Shown here piece after piece: positions 53,907 to 64,000 of a stretch of 64,000 bases of DNA. Every line of letters begins with the position of its first letter. The stretch's first letter is position 1. Source of the DNA: Arcobacteraceae bacterium (GTDB lineage: Bacteria > Campylobacterota > Campylobacteria > Campylobacterales > Arcobacteraceae). Both the position numbers and the translations under genes were made by a program. Under the pieces are notes generated by a model. The model was not told where the DNA came from. It saw only the letters and a program-made list of their open reading frames with translations, and made no database searches. The stretch covers positions 1 through 64,000 of the forward strand of contig CBDCZH010000005.1 in the NCBI GenBank assembly GCA_965224485.1. Reading direction: 5' to 3'.

Positions 53907-55076
53907 TTATCTTTGTTTTCTAACCCATCTTTTAAATAACCTATTTACTATAACTTCTTCTTGCAAAGGAATATTATCTTTTATTAAAGAAACTAAATTT
54001 TTAGCTAAGTAAGGGGAGAGAACAAAACCTCTTCCTCCTAAACCATTTAGAACAAAAAGATTAGGAAAGTTAATAAATCTATCTTCTTTTACATGAGTTC
54101 CATTCTTTAAATGAGGAAACATACTTATTGTTTTTAAACTATCAACTAGTTTTCCTAACATTGGAAAATAATCACTACTAGAAGCTCTCGCACCTACTTT
54201 TATATCAAGAACTTTTATATCTTTAAGCTCAATAATATCTGAAGCTTTTAAAAGTAGTTCTTTTGTATCACTCTTATTTATGATGTTTGTATAAGTATTA
54301 GAGTATTTTTTGTTTATATTTGATGTTTCTATACAATAATTACAGATATCTTTATCACAAGTAAACCTATGATGTGTAGCACCTATTGAGTTTTTATAAA
54401 GAGTTTGTTCTTTATATGTTTCTTCTTGTTTAATAGAAGCAGAAATCGAACACTCTTTATGGTAGTTAATATTTATACAAGTTGTACTAAGTATATCTAT
54501 TTTTTGACCCCAAACTGCTCTAATATTGAAGTACTTTTCTTTTATTAATTTTGTATCAGCACCTGTGCATAAAATTAGATTTTTTGCTTGTATTTCATCA
54601 TTTAAATGCCAGTTTGAATCAATATATTTAATATGTTTTATTTCATAAGAAAACTTTTTTTTAGTATTTTTGCTAAGAAGCTTACAAATTTCACTAGGTA
54701 TAACATGAGTTCCTATATCAAAAAAAAGCCCCTGCTCTTTTTGTTTAAAGTCAAAATCTATGTACTTTTCATACTCTTTAAACTTTTTGATATCTTCATT
54801 ATTTTTAGGAATTCTTAGTATTCCTTTTGAGATATTTTTATTATTTAAAAGTTTTTCATAAAATTTTACAGAAAAAGACAAAGAAGAAGATACTAAATCT
54901 TTTAACTTATTCTTTTTTCCTAGCAAAGGAGATAAAAAAGCACCAGCGGCACCACTAGCTCCAAAAGCAACATCTTCATTTCTATCAAGTAATAATACGT
55001 TTTCACCTTTTAAAAAATGTGCTACACTACATCCCGCAATTCCAGCACCAACTATTACATAATCATATTTAATCAT
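53907..55076 (-). CDS. FAD-dependent oxidoreductase (MnmC C-terminal domain-like)
   Basis: IVGAGIAG, GASG, IGATH, GARASSSDYFP, GLGGRG. Confidence 0.8.
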   Translation of the reverse strand: MIKYDYVIVGAGIAGCSVAHFLKGENVLLLDRNEDVAFGASGAAGAFLSPLLGKKNKLKDLVSSSLSFSVKFYEKLLNNKNISKGILRIPKNNEDIKKFKEYEKYIDFDFKQKEQGLFFDIGTHVIPSEICKLLSKNTKKKFSYEIKHIKYIDSNWHLNDEIQAKNLILCTGADTKLIKEKYFNIRAVWGQKIDILSTTCININYHKECSISASIKQEETYKEQTLYKNSIGATHHRFTCDKDICNYCIETSNINKKYSNTYTNIINKSDTKELLLKASDIIELKDIKVLDIKVGARASSSDYFPMLGKLVDSLKTISMFPHLKNGTHVKEDRFINFPNLFVLNGLGGRGFVLSPYLAKNLVSLIKDNIPLQEEVIVNRLFKRWVRKQR

Positions 55077-55411
55077 ATATTTTTATGAATTTCATCCAAT
55101 AATTCATAGGTAGCTCTCCAATAAGAAGATCCGCCATGTAAACTAATACAAGTATAAGAAGGTAGTTTCTCCCTATAAAAATTTAATCTAGCTCTTGTAG
55201 TAGCTCCTGAATAACAATAAAAAACAAAAACAGTTCCTTTTGGATACATATTCATCTCATAAGGATTGTAAGTAATTGTATCTATGTTTTCTAAAGGTTT
55301 TAAAATTGTATCTACTAAAACAACTTGTATTCCTTCTTTTTGTAATAACTTAGTGTTCTTATATAACTCTTGCTGATTCCATTCGTCTTTTTTTAATATT
55401 TCATTTTTCAT
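55073..55411 (-). CDS. Small rhodanese-like protein
   Basis: VFYCYSG...SLHGG..YW. Confidence 0.55.
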   Translation of the reverse strand: MKNEILKKDEWNQQELYKNTKLLQKEGIQVVLVDTILKPLENIDTITYNPYEMNMYPKGTVFVFYCYSGATTRARLNFYREKLPSYTCISLHGGSSYWRATYELLDEIHKNI

Positions 55412-55469
55412 AAAGTATTGTATTTAATTTGTACTTTCTTAATTATTAAGAAAAATATTTATTTTAAAC

Positions 55470-55503
55470 CTTGATTGACTATGACTCAAGTTTTGGATAT
55501 AAT
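55470..55503 (+). promoter_or_regulatory. HspR operator (HAIR) overlapping a sigma70 promoter
   Basis: CTTGATT-N7-ACTCAAG (55470-55490; consensus CTTGAGT-N7-ACTCAAG). TTGACT-N17-TATAAT. Confidence 0.88.
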
Positions 55504-55537
55504 ATTTAAAATATTAAATTTTATAGGAAAATAAATA

Positions 55538-56422
55538 ATGGCAAAAAGTTTATACGAAACACTTGAAGTAAATGAAGGTGCAGATGCTAGTGAAATCAAG
55601 AAAGCATATAGAAAACTAGCAAGAAAGTACCATCCTGATGTAAATAAAGATAAGGGTGCTGAAGAGAAGTTTAAAGAATTAAATGCTGCTTATGAGGTAT
55701 TATCAGACAAAGAAAAAAAACAACAGTATGATCAATATGGTGATTCTATGTTTGGTGGACAAAATTTCCATGATTTTGCAAGAGGTCAAGGTCAAGGTGT
55801 TGATTTAGATGATATTCTAAGACAAATGTTTGGAGGAGGAGCTGCTGGTGGTGGTTTTTCACAAGGTGGTTTCTCTCAAAGTGGATTTGGTGGTTCTGGA
55901 TTTGGTGGGTTTGAACCTGATTTAGATATGAATGCACAAATTACTATCTCTTTTGAAACATCAGTTTTAGGCGGGAAACAGCATATTTCTTTAAATCATG
56001 ATTCTTTTGATATAAAAATACCAGAAGGTATTAAAGATGGTCAAAAAATTAGAGCTAAGGGTAAGGGTAAGACTCAAGGTTCACAAAAAGGTGATTTAAT
56101 TATTAAAGTAAATGTATCTCCTTCAGCATTATATGAAAGAGATGAAGATACTTTAACTAAAACATTTGATATTCCTTTAAAAACTGCCTTATTTGGTGGT
56201 AAGATTGAAATAGAAACAATTAAAAAAACTATAACATTAAAAATTCCTAAAAATACAAAAACAAATCAAAAATTTAGAGTAAAAGACTTAGGTGTTTATA
56301 ATAGAAAAACAAAAGAAACGGGAAACTTATATTTAAAAGTAAATATAGTTTTACCAAAAGTTGATGATTTAGATGAGGACTTTGTAAAAGCATTAGAAGA
56401 GCAACTTCCTAGTACTTTATAA
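55538..56422 (+). CDS. cbpA: DnaJ-class chaperone CbpA
   Basis: J-domain HPD, G/F-rich region, no zinc finger. Confidence 0.92.
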   Translation: MAKSLYETLEVNEGADASEIKKAYRKLARKYHPDVNKDKGAEEKFKELNAAYEVLSDKEKKQQYDQYGDSMFGGQNFHDFARGQGQGVDLDDILRQMFGGGAAGGGFSQGGFSQSGFGGSGFGGFEPDLDMNAQITISFETSVLGGKQHISLNHDSFDIKIPEGIKDGQKIRAKGKGKTQGSQKGDLIIKVNVSPSALYERDEDTLTKTFDIPLKTALFGGKIEIETIKKTITLKIPKNTKTNQKFRVKDLGVYNRKTKETGNLYLKVNIVLPKVDDLDEDFVKALEEQLPSTL

Positions 56423-56431
56423 GGACAAAAA

Positions 56432-56815
56432 ATGGAAAGCAATGCATATAAAGAACCTGTATATTTAATATCAGCAGTTTCTGAGATTTTAAGTATACAT
56501 CCTCAAACACTAAGACAATATGAAAGAGAGGGTTTAATAAACCCTTCTAGAAGCAATGGAAAAATACGATTATACTCACAAAGTGATATTGACCATATAC
56601 GATATGTATTGAGCTTAACAAGAGATTTAGGGATAAATCTTTCAGGTGTTGATTTTATTCTTCAATTAAACAAAAAAATAAAAACACTTGAAAATGAAGT
56701 TGAAAGTTATAAAAACAAATTTAGAGAATATGATAAGTTTTCAGTAGTTCCTACATCAAAGGCTTTAGTTATAAAACAAAATACTTTTGATATAGTAATT
56801 ATTAAAGAAGATTGA
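56432..56815 (+). CDS. hspR: Heat-shock repressor HspR (MerR family)
   Basis: PVYLIS, IHPQTLRQYEREGL, RLYS, LGINL. Confidence 0.95.
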   Translation: MESNAYKEPVYLISAVSEILSIHPQTLRQYEREGLINPSRSNGKIRLYSQSDIDHIRYVLSLTRDLGINLSGVDFILQLNKKIKTLENEVESYKNKFREYDKFSVVPTSKALVIKQNTFDIVIIKED

Positions 56816-56824
56816 AAGAATAAC

Positions 56825-57955
56825 TTACATTTGGTATAAAACTACGTAATCTCTCATAAGAGGTGGAATATCTAAATAGTTTTCATCATTAGGGCTCAAA
56901 GTAACTGTTACTTCCTTGTCTTTGTCAAGAGTACTATTTGTACTTATATCAGAAGATTCAAAACCTGTTGCAACTATTGTAATTTTAACTTCATCTTTTT
57001 CTAAAGAAGAATCAGAAGTTGTACCAAATATTATTTCAGCATTTGAATCAATAGTATTATGAATAGTTCCCATTACATTATTAATTGCAAAAAGTGAAAC
57101 TTGAGGATGAATATTAAAGTGTATTAAAATACCCTTAGCCCCGGCTAAAGACATTTTATCTAAAAGTGGTGATTCTATTGCATTATTTAAAGCTTTAAGC
57201 GCTGCATCATCTCCTTTAGCTTTTCCTATACCCATTAAAGCCATACCACGATGTTGCATAATTGTTTTAACATCAGCAAAATCTGTATTTATATCAGAAT
57301 TACCAGGATTTAAAATAACTTCACTCATACCAATTACAGCTTGATATAAAATATTATCAATTATTTTAAAAGCATCTTTCATTCCAACATTTTCATCAAT
57401 TATTTCTAACAACTTATCATTTGGAACTATAATAATAGAATCACTAACTTTTTTAAGCTCTTCAAGACCTAAGTTTGCAAGCCCTGCTCTTTTTTTACCT
57501 TCCCAAGTAAAAGGTTTTGTTACAACAGAAACAGTTAAAGCCCCTATTTCTTTTGCAGCTTTTGCTATTATAGCAGCAGCACCAGTTCCAGTTCCACCAC
57601 CCAAACCAGCAGCAATAAAAACAATATCCGCACCAAGAAGTGCAGTTTTAATATCTTCATATGATTCCAAAGCAGAATCTCTTCCAACTTCTGGTTTCAT
57701 TCCAGCACCTAAACCTTTAGTAAGTTTAAGTCCTAATTGGATTTTTTTTGGAGCTTTTGAAATATGAAGAACTTGTAAATCAGTATTTGCAGCAATTAGA
57801 TCAATCTTAGGACTTCCTTCACTAATCATGTGGTTAATCATATTACAACCACCACCACCAACACCAATTACAGATATTTTTGCTATATTTTCAGATAAGG
57901 TTTGATTTGGCATTTCCACTTTTATATCATCCAATTTAAATAGATTTTCATTCAT
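56825..57955 (-). CDS. ftsZ: Cell division protein FtsZ
   Basis: GVGGGG, GGGTGTG, DFADV. Start taken at the ATG just after ftsA. Confidence 0.97.
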   Translation of the reverse strand: MNENLFKLDDIKVEMPNQTLSENIAKISVIGVGGGGCNMINHMISEGSPKIDLIAANTDLQVLHISKAPKKIQLGLKLTKGLGAGMKPEVGRDSALESYEDIKTALLGADIVFIAAGLGGGTGTGAAAIIAKAAKEIGALTVSVVTKPFTWEGKKRAGLANLGLEELKKVSDSIIIVPNDKLLEIIDENVGMKDAFKIIDNILYQAVIGMSEVILNPGNSDINTDFADVKTIMQHRGMALMGIGKAKGDDAALKALNNAIESPLLDKMSLAGAKGILIHFNIHPQVSLFAINNVMGTIHNTIDSNAEIIFGTTSDSSLEKDEVKITIVATGFESSDISTNSTLDKDKEVTVTLSPNDENYLDIPPLMRDYVVLYQM

Positions 57956-59352
57956 TAAAACCACTCCGAAATTTTATTCCAAAACTTTGAGAGACCCTTA
58001 TTTTTATCACTTTTAGATATTTTAGGCAATAATGTTGAGTCCATAGAAGAATTATCTTCATATTCACTCTTTTTTAGATTTGAATCTGTTCTTCTTTTAA
58101 CATTTGAAGAGTTATTAACTATATTTTCTTTTAAAGGTTCAACTCTTCTTTTTAAAGTTATTTTTTTTCTAAGTTTTTTATTTGAATCTAGTTCAAAAGT
58201 TTTATTTTGATTAAGTGAATAAATCAATAAACCTACAATTGTAGACATTGAAGAGTCATCAAAATTGATATATCCATTTTTTATATTATAAGGATTTGAA
58301 ATTTTTACAGGAATATCATCAAATACTTTTGAAGCTAATTCTTTTATTCCTTTTAATTTACTCATACCACCTGTCAAAACAAGACCAGAACCAATATTTT
58401 CATTTAAACCAATAGATCTTAGTTTATTTTTTATTAGTACTAAATCTTCTTCAACTCTTGCATGAATAATGGTTCTAACATAATCAAGACCAACTTCGCT
58501 AGTCTCATTTTCATCACCAATTCTAGGCAGTTTTACTTTTTTTATTTCTATATTATCATTTTCTTTAAATAACAAACTTCCATATTTAAGTTTCAAAGCT
58601 TCTGCCGCATTTGGAGGAGTATGTAACATAACGGATAAATCATTTGTAATATGATTTGAACCAACAGGAATAAACTCATTATATACAATAGAGTTATTTT
58701 TAAATGTTATAAAATCTGTTGTAGTACTACCCATATTAACAACAGTTGCTCCAAACTTTTTTTGCTGCTCATCTAATACAGCAATAGCAGAAGCATATGA
58801 GTTTAAAACAAAGTTATCAACTTCTAAATTACTCTCTTTTAAAGCAGATTTTATATTTGTAAGAGAGGTTTTTTTAGCAGTTATTATATAAACAGAGACT
58901 TCAAGTCTAGCACCATTCATACTTAAAGGATTTTCAACAGAAGCTGAATCATCAACTTTAAAATATATTGGTATTACATGAATAATCTCATATTCAGGAA
59001 TAATTGTCGCATTATATAAAGCCATTTGCATTACTTGATTTATTTCATGCTCAGTTATTAAACCATTTGGTATATTAACACTTCCAGAACTTCGCACTCC
59101 TTTAGTATAAGCACCAGATATTGATACTACACATGAGTTTACAATCTCTGATGTACTTTTTTTTGCATTTGTTACAGCATTCTTTATTGATTTAGAAGCG
59201 ATTTCTAAATTAGTTATAAGTCCCTTGTTAATTCCATCACTACTTTGGGAACCTGTACCTAAAATATTTATCTTAAAATCTAAATCATTCTTAGCAATTA
59301 CTGCTACAACATTAGATGAACCAATGTCTATTGCTAAAAGAGTTTTGCTCAA
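57955..59352 (-). CDS. ftsA: Cell division protein FtsA
   Basis: DIGSS, HITNDLS, LTGG, amphipathic C-terminus FWNKISEWF. Confidence 0.96.
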   Translation of the reverse strand: MSKTLLAIDIGSSNVVAVIAKNDLDFKINILGTGSQSSDGINKGLITNLEIASKSIKNAVTNAKKSTSEIVNSCVVSISGAYTKGVRSSGSVNIPNGLITEHEINQVMQMALYNATIIPEYEIIHVIPIYFKVDDSASVENPLSMNGARLEVSVYIITAKKTSLTNIKSALKESNLEVDNFVLNSYASAIAVLDEQQKKFGATVVNMGSTTTDFITFKNNSIVYNEFIPVGSNHITNDLSVMLHTPPNAAEALKLKYGSLLFKENDNIEIKKVKLPRIGDENETSEVGLDYVRTIIHARVEEDLVLIKNKLRSIGLNENIGSGLVLTGGMSKLKGIKELASKVFDDIPVKISNPYNIKNGYINFDDSSMSTIVGLLIYSLNQNKTFELDSNKKLRKKITLKRRVEPLKENIVNNSSNVKRRTDSNLKKSEYEDNSSMDSTLLPKISKSDKNKGLSKFWNKISEWF

Positions 59353-59355
59353 TTA

Positions 59356-60819
59356 TTATTCCTTTAAACTTGATGTTGATTGTACGTCATAAGTATTTTC
59401 TAATCGTTTTACAAGATTAGTCATTAACTCAGAGTTTTGCAATCTTCCTAATGTTGTTCTAACAGCTAAATCTTTTGATTCATCATAAGGAGCTAATTTA
59501 CTACTATTAATTTTATAAATAACAGTTTTATCTCCAATTAAAATAGACCCTTCTTTTTTTACACTAGAAAAAAGTTGATTTAAGAAAGTAGAACCTTCTT
59601 GTGGATTTAAACCTTTAACACTTGTGATTGACGCTCTAGTTAAAGTAATTGAATCCTTTGAACTTAATGTTTTTATTGTAGTTTTAACTTGTTCTTGTAA
59701 TAAAACAAGTCTTTGTTTAGCAATAAAATCATTTCTAAGTAATGTTTTAGCTTTTTCATAACTTAATGTTTTTGGTAAGAATGAATTAAGAACTTTAATA
59801 GTAACAAATTCATTATTGTTTTTAAAAGGTTTTAAAACATCGCCCTTTTTAGCTTGTTTAATTTTTAAAATATTTTCATTTGAATAAGTTAACTTATCTT
59901 CATAAACAACAGCCATCACAGAGAATTTTTCTTGGTCTTTTTTAAGTTTTAAATACTTTTTTAAAGCTATTTTTTTAGAAGTTTTTTCATCTAAAGCTTT
60001 TTGTATCTCTTCTTTTGCTTCTGTAAATGATTTTAATTTACCATCTTCTTTTTTGAAATCTAATTTAAATTTATTAAAATATGAGTTCATATCTTCAGTA
60101 GAATGTACATTTTTGCTAAAAGCTAATGTTTCAATAGCTAGGTCATAAGAATTTTCAGACTTATAAGAGTCTTTATTCTTTTCCCAAAACTCTTTAAGTT
60201 TTATTTCATCTATAGAAACATTAATGTTTTTTAAATCAATAATCTTAATACTTACATTATCTTCTAAAAACATTAGTCTATTTAATAATTTAACTTCTGC
60301 CTCTTCTGGCTCTATTTGAAATAAATTTTGAACTTTTTGTAACAATAAATTTCTTTTTAATGATGATTCATATTCTAAAGCACTTGTTCTATTTTGAGCT
60401 AAAACTTTTAAATAAATCTCTTTGTTGAACTTACCGTCTTTTAAAAATGCATTCATTTTAACTAATTGAGATACTACTTCTTCATCTGTAACATCTAAAT
60501 TAAGATCATCTGCATAAGATAAGATTAAATTCTTTTGAATTACAAGATTATAAGCTAAGTCAGAAAGTTTAAGCTGTTTTGCCATTTCTTGGTTAAACTG
60601 CTCTCCAAACATTTGCGAATACTGAGAATAAAGTTCTGAATACTCTCTTTGATATTCATCAACAGCAATTTCTCTATCACCTACAACTGCGACAACTCCG
60701 CCTTTTTGATTATAATCATATGAGCCCCAACCAACAAAACCAGCACCAACAAATGCTATTGTACTGATCCAAATTGTAATAACTAACCATTTTTTATGCT
60801 TTTGCATCCATGTAATCAT
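59356..60819 (-). CDS. PpiD/SurA-N periplasmic chaperone
   Basis: MITWMQKHKKWL...WISTIAFVGAGFVGWG; upstream of ftsA. Confidence 0.85.
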   Translation of the reverse strand: MITWMQKHKKWLVITIWISTIAFVGAGFVGWGSYDYNQKGGVVAVVGDREIAVDEYQREYSELYSQYSQMFGEQFNQEMAKQLKLSDLAYNLVIQKNLILSYADDLNLDVTDEEVVSQLVKMNAFLKDGKFNKEIYLKVLAQNRTSALEYESSLKRNLLLQKVQNLFQIEPEEAEVKLLNRLMFLEDNVSIKIIDLKNINVSIDEIKLKEFWEKNKDSYKSENSYDLAIETLAFSKNVHSTEDMNSYFNKFKLDFKKEDGKLKSFTEAKEEIQKALDEKTSKKIALKKYLKLKKDQEKFSVMAVVYEDKLTYSNENILKIKQAKKGDVLKPFKNNNEFVTIKVLNSFLPKTLSYEKAKTLLRNDFIAKQRLVLLQEQVKTTIKTLSSKDSITLTRASITSVKGLNPQEGSTFLNQLFSSVKKEGSILIGDKTVIYKINSSKLAPYDESKDLAVRTTLGRLQNSELMTNLVKRLENTYDVQSTSSLKE

Positions 60820-60907
60820 ATAAATATATCCCTAAATAATTTTTTTCTTATGATACAAAAAAAATACTTTTAATTTAGTTAAAGTTAATATTATTTTTTC
60901 ATAAAAA

Positions 60908-63202
60908 CTAAAGAATTTCAGAAGATAAAATATCATTTATCACAGATTCTCTTTTCGTAGTCTCAATTCGTTTACAAGCACTTTTAAAAGCTTCTTCTTC
61001 CCCAACTATATAACACATATTTTTAGCTCTTGTTATTGCTGTATATAAAAGTTTAGTATTATGCATGATATAGTGAGAAAAAGTCATAGGAATCAGAGAA
61101 TTATCATATTCCATTCCTTGTGTTTTATGAATAGTTAAACAATAAGCAAGGCTTAGTAAATTATCTAAATCATCAAAGTCATAAAAAACTATCATATCAT
61201 CCATTGGGATACAAAACTATACATTTTGCGTTTTCAAAATCAAGTTTAATAATAAGCCCTAACTGACCATTAAAAACTCTTTTTTCTAAAAAATCTTCTG
61301 AATTATTTTTATACATACTCATAGTTTGAGCTTTCATATTTTCATTCTTTATATGTATTACTTTATCTGTTAGTTTATATTCATAAACTCTTTTTTGAAC
61401 TGCTTTTTCTCTTGAACTATTAAAAAGCTTTTGCATCTGAATATTTAAGTTCTCAACCCCTAAGATTCCACCTTTCATTGGTGTTATTATTTGAAATAAT
61501 ACTAAAGCTTTTGAAATATTTTTATTTTTAATGAAAGTAAAAAAAATCTTTTATATAATAAGAAGAAATATTTAAGACATTGTGTAGGATATTTTCACTA
61601 TTTTGCTCTCGTAAGTTAGAGAAATCACCTTGATTTAAAGAGTTTTTTGAAGAATAATAGTTATTCATAGATACATCAATAAACTTAAAATCTTCATATG
61701 TTTCATTATATAAAGGAACTTTTCCTTGTCTAATCTCATTTGCAATAACAGCAATAGCTTGATTCTCATTTTGTCTATAGATTTTTGTTAACTTACAAAT
61801 GGGAAGCTAGTTCATATTTAATAGAATCAGCTAAAACATTTCCAGCCCCAATAGCTGGTAACTGCCCGTCATCTCCAACTATTATAAAAACAGTATCATC
61901 TGATATTTTTGAAATGATTTGATAAAACATAACTGAGTTTACCATTGAAGCTTCATCTAAAAGTATTACTTTATAAGGAAAAAAATCACTATCTTTATGT
62001 TTTACAAATAAGATTGAATAGTACTACTTGCATATCCAGTTGTATCAGAAATACGCTGTGAAGCTATACCACTTAGGGCAATAGTCATAATATCATTATA
62101 AGATACTATTTCTTCAAGAAGTTCCAATAAAGCCCTTGAGGAAGTAGATTTACCAGTTCCTGCATAACCTATTAAAAACAAAGTTGTAAACCTTTGTTTA
62201 TAAGTTCAACTGCTTTTTTTTTGCTCACTACTTAAGATAAAACCTAGAGTTTTTTCTTTTCTTGTTATGTAATCATTAAAATTTGATACTATTTTTTTAT
62301 CTCTTAATTTATCTTCTCTAACTTTAAAAAACTCATAATTTTTTTCTCAGATAATAAAGCATTGAAGGAGAATATCGATCATGTGTTGTTTCATATATTT
62401 CTTCACTTGCAAGCATTTGAATTACAGCATTTTCATATAAATGTGTTTCATTCTTAAAACCTAAAGCGTCATCAAGAAGATTATAAAGTGTTTCTTTTGC
62501 TATTGAAGAGTTTCCATTATTATCACAATAGTTTTTTAAAGTATAGTTCAAACAAGCCATTATTCTAAAAGATGAGTTTTTTCAATTCCTAAACTAGAAG
62601 CTATTTCATCAGCCCTTTTAAAAGCTATTCCTTTTATTGAGATTAAAATATAAGGATTTTTTTAATTAAGTTTATTAAATCATCAACTTCACTAAAGTGG
62701 GAAAATATTTTTGTGATTAAATTAGAAGTAACTCCAAAAGGAGCTAAAAAAGAGCCTAGTTCTCGTAGGTGTTTAAACTTTTGCCAAGAAGAGATTATAA
62801 GTTTAAGTTTTTTCTCTTTAATACCATTGATTTTTAATAATTCATGTGGTCTTCATTAAAAATAGTAATTAACTCTTCTTCTTTGTATTTATCAAGTAAA
62901 TCATGGGCAACTTTTTTTCCAATTCCTTTAACAATTTTTGTTAAAAAGAAATAAAGTTCTTGCTCTTTTATAACTAAGGTATCAAAAGCAAACTGTATTC
63001 CATACTTTTTATGAGTTACCCAGTTTCCAGTTAGCATAATCTCTTCACCAATAATTTTATCAATATCGGTATCAAAATAAGAGCCACATATTTTTTGGTC
63101 ATTCTCTAAAACAGCAATACAAAAACCAGAATCTTCTTGTTTAAATAAAACTCTTTTGATTACCCCTGATAATTTAAAACTTTTTTGCTCTTCACCTTGC
63201 AT
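60908..63202 (-). pseudogene. recD2: RecD2-like helicase broken by multiple frameshifts (possibly sequencing errors)
   Basis: Fragments: HKKYGIQF, KGIGKK, Walker A GYAGTGKS (~62145-62170), DEASM, GDDGQLP, IYRQ, NGQLG, AYCLTIHKTQGMEY, LYTAITRA. Confidence 0.85.
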
Positions 63203-63574
63203 TTAGTACTCATCATCAAATTTTGATTTTTTTATGCTTATCTTTTCTATAAGAAGAAGAAGATTTTTCCTTATGTAATAAATTAGCCTCTTTTAGTAGT
63301 TTTCTTGTATTGGTTTGAAGTCTTCTTCTTCATCAATTTCAATTGAATACATTACTAAATCTATATATTTTTTTAAATTACTTAAATAAGGTGAGTGAAG
63401 TTCCATCTCTTTTACCTTAGCAATATCTTTAAAGTTTTTTCTAACCCTATCTTTAAATAAGGAAGGATCAAAGTTTTCAAGTCTTAATAAAGAGTTTGTT
63501 CTAGTTAAAAATTTCTCTAAAACTCGAATATATCGAATTCTAAGTTGTTTAACATGTTGTTCTTCATTAATCAT
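63203..63574 (-). CDS. Conserved hypothetical protein, frameshift near 63295
   Basis: After a shift the frame continues as EANLLHKEKSSSSYRKDKHKK to a stop at 63203. Confidence 0.55.
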
Positions 63575-63924
63575 TTAAGATTAACTCTTCAAGTTTAGAA
63601 AAAGGTCTAGAAATTACAGCTTTTTTATTTTTAATGATAATTGGTCGTTGTATTAAACTTGGATGTTTAATAAGAGTTTTGTATTAAAAATTCTTCATCA
63701 TCAGAGCTTTTTAACGCTAATTGTTTATATAACTCTTCACTTACTCTAAATAAATCATGGGCTTTAATGTTTAAGAGTTCAAGAACTTCTTTTAAATCAT
63801 TTATAGTTAAATCTTTTTGTAAATAATCAATAACTTCAATACTACAATCATTGTTTTTCAAAAAGTCCAAAGCTAATCGTGACTTAGAACAGTTTTCATT
63901 ATGCCAAATTCTAATGTTTTGCAT
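63567..63924 (-). CDS. arsC: ArsC/Spx family arsenate reductase, frameshift near 63680
   Basis: WHNENCSKSR; C-terminal HPSLIQRPII...SRP in another frame. Confidence 0.8.
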
Positions 63925-64000
63925 CTTTTTCCTTATATTTAAATGATTATAACAAAAAAGTATTTTTTAAGTGTATGAAAGCAATAAGAAATTTACTGAT

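Overview
A very AT-rich chromosomal window. Gene content and order (rsmH-ftsL, lolA/secA/lolF, yhdP-like/mltG/icd, cbpA-hspR, ppiD-ftsA-ftsZ, cytochrome c553, DccRS-like system) point to Campylobacterota, most likely Arcobacteraceae. Positions 1-8300 are an accessory island that looks like a decaying integron cassette array with no integrase in view. It holds two homologous 54-bp attC-type sites, a 1032-aa protein with a C-terminal OLD-type TOPRIM domain but no ATPase, and a cassette-like Cys-rich membrane protein. It also holds a solo PemK/MazF-like toxin split by an intact IS30 and followed by a candidate ~95-nt structured RNA, a second IS30 disabled by two tiny GC-rich insertions, and damaged RelE/ParE and YafQ toxin genes. 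The rest is mostly core genome. Notable parts are ovoA, a B12 glutamate-mutase operon coupled to an adenylating enzyme, an 8-bp VNTR, rnpB between two partly homogenised chemoreceptor genes, a frameshift-split NIT-PAS-HD-GYP gene, and recognisable HspR, DccR-like and FNR-like operators. The last ~3 kb carry many frameshifts that are probably sequencing errors. All protein calls come from motif recognition by eye; no database searches were run.
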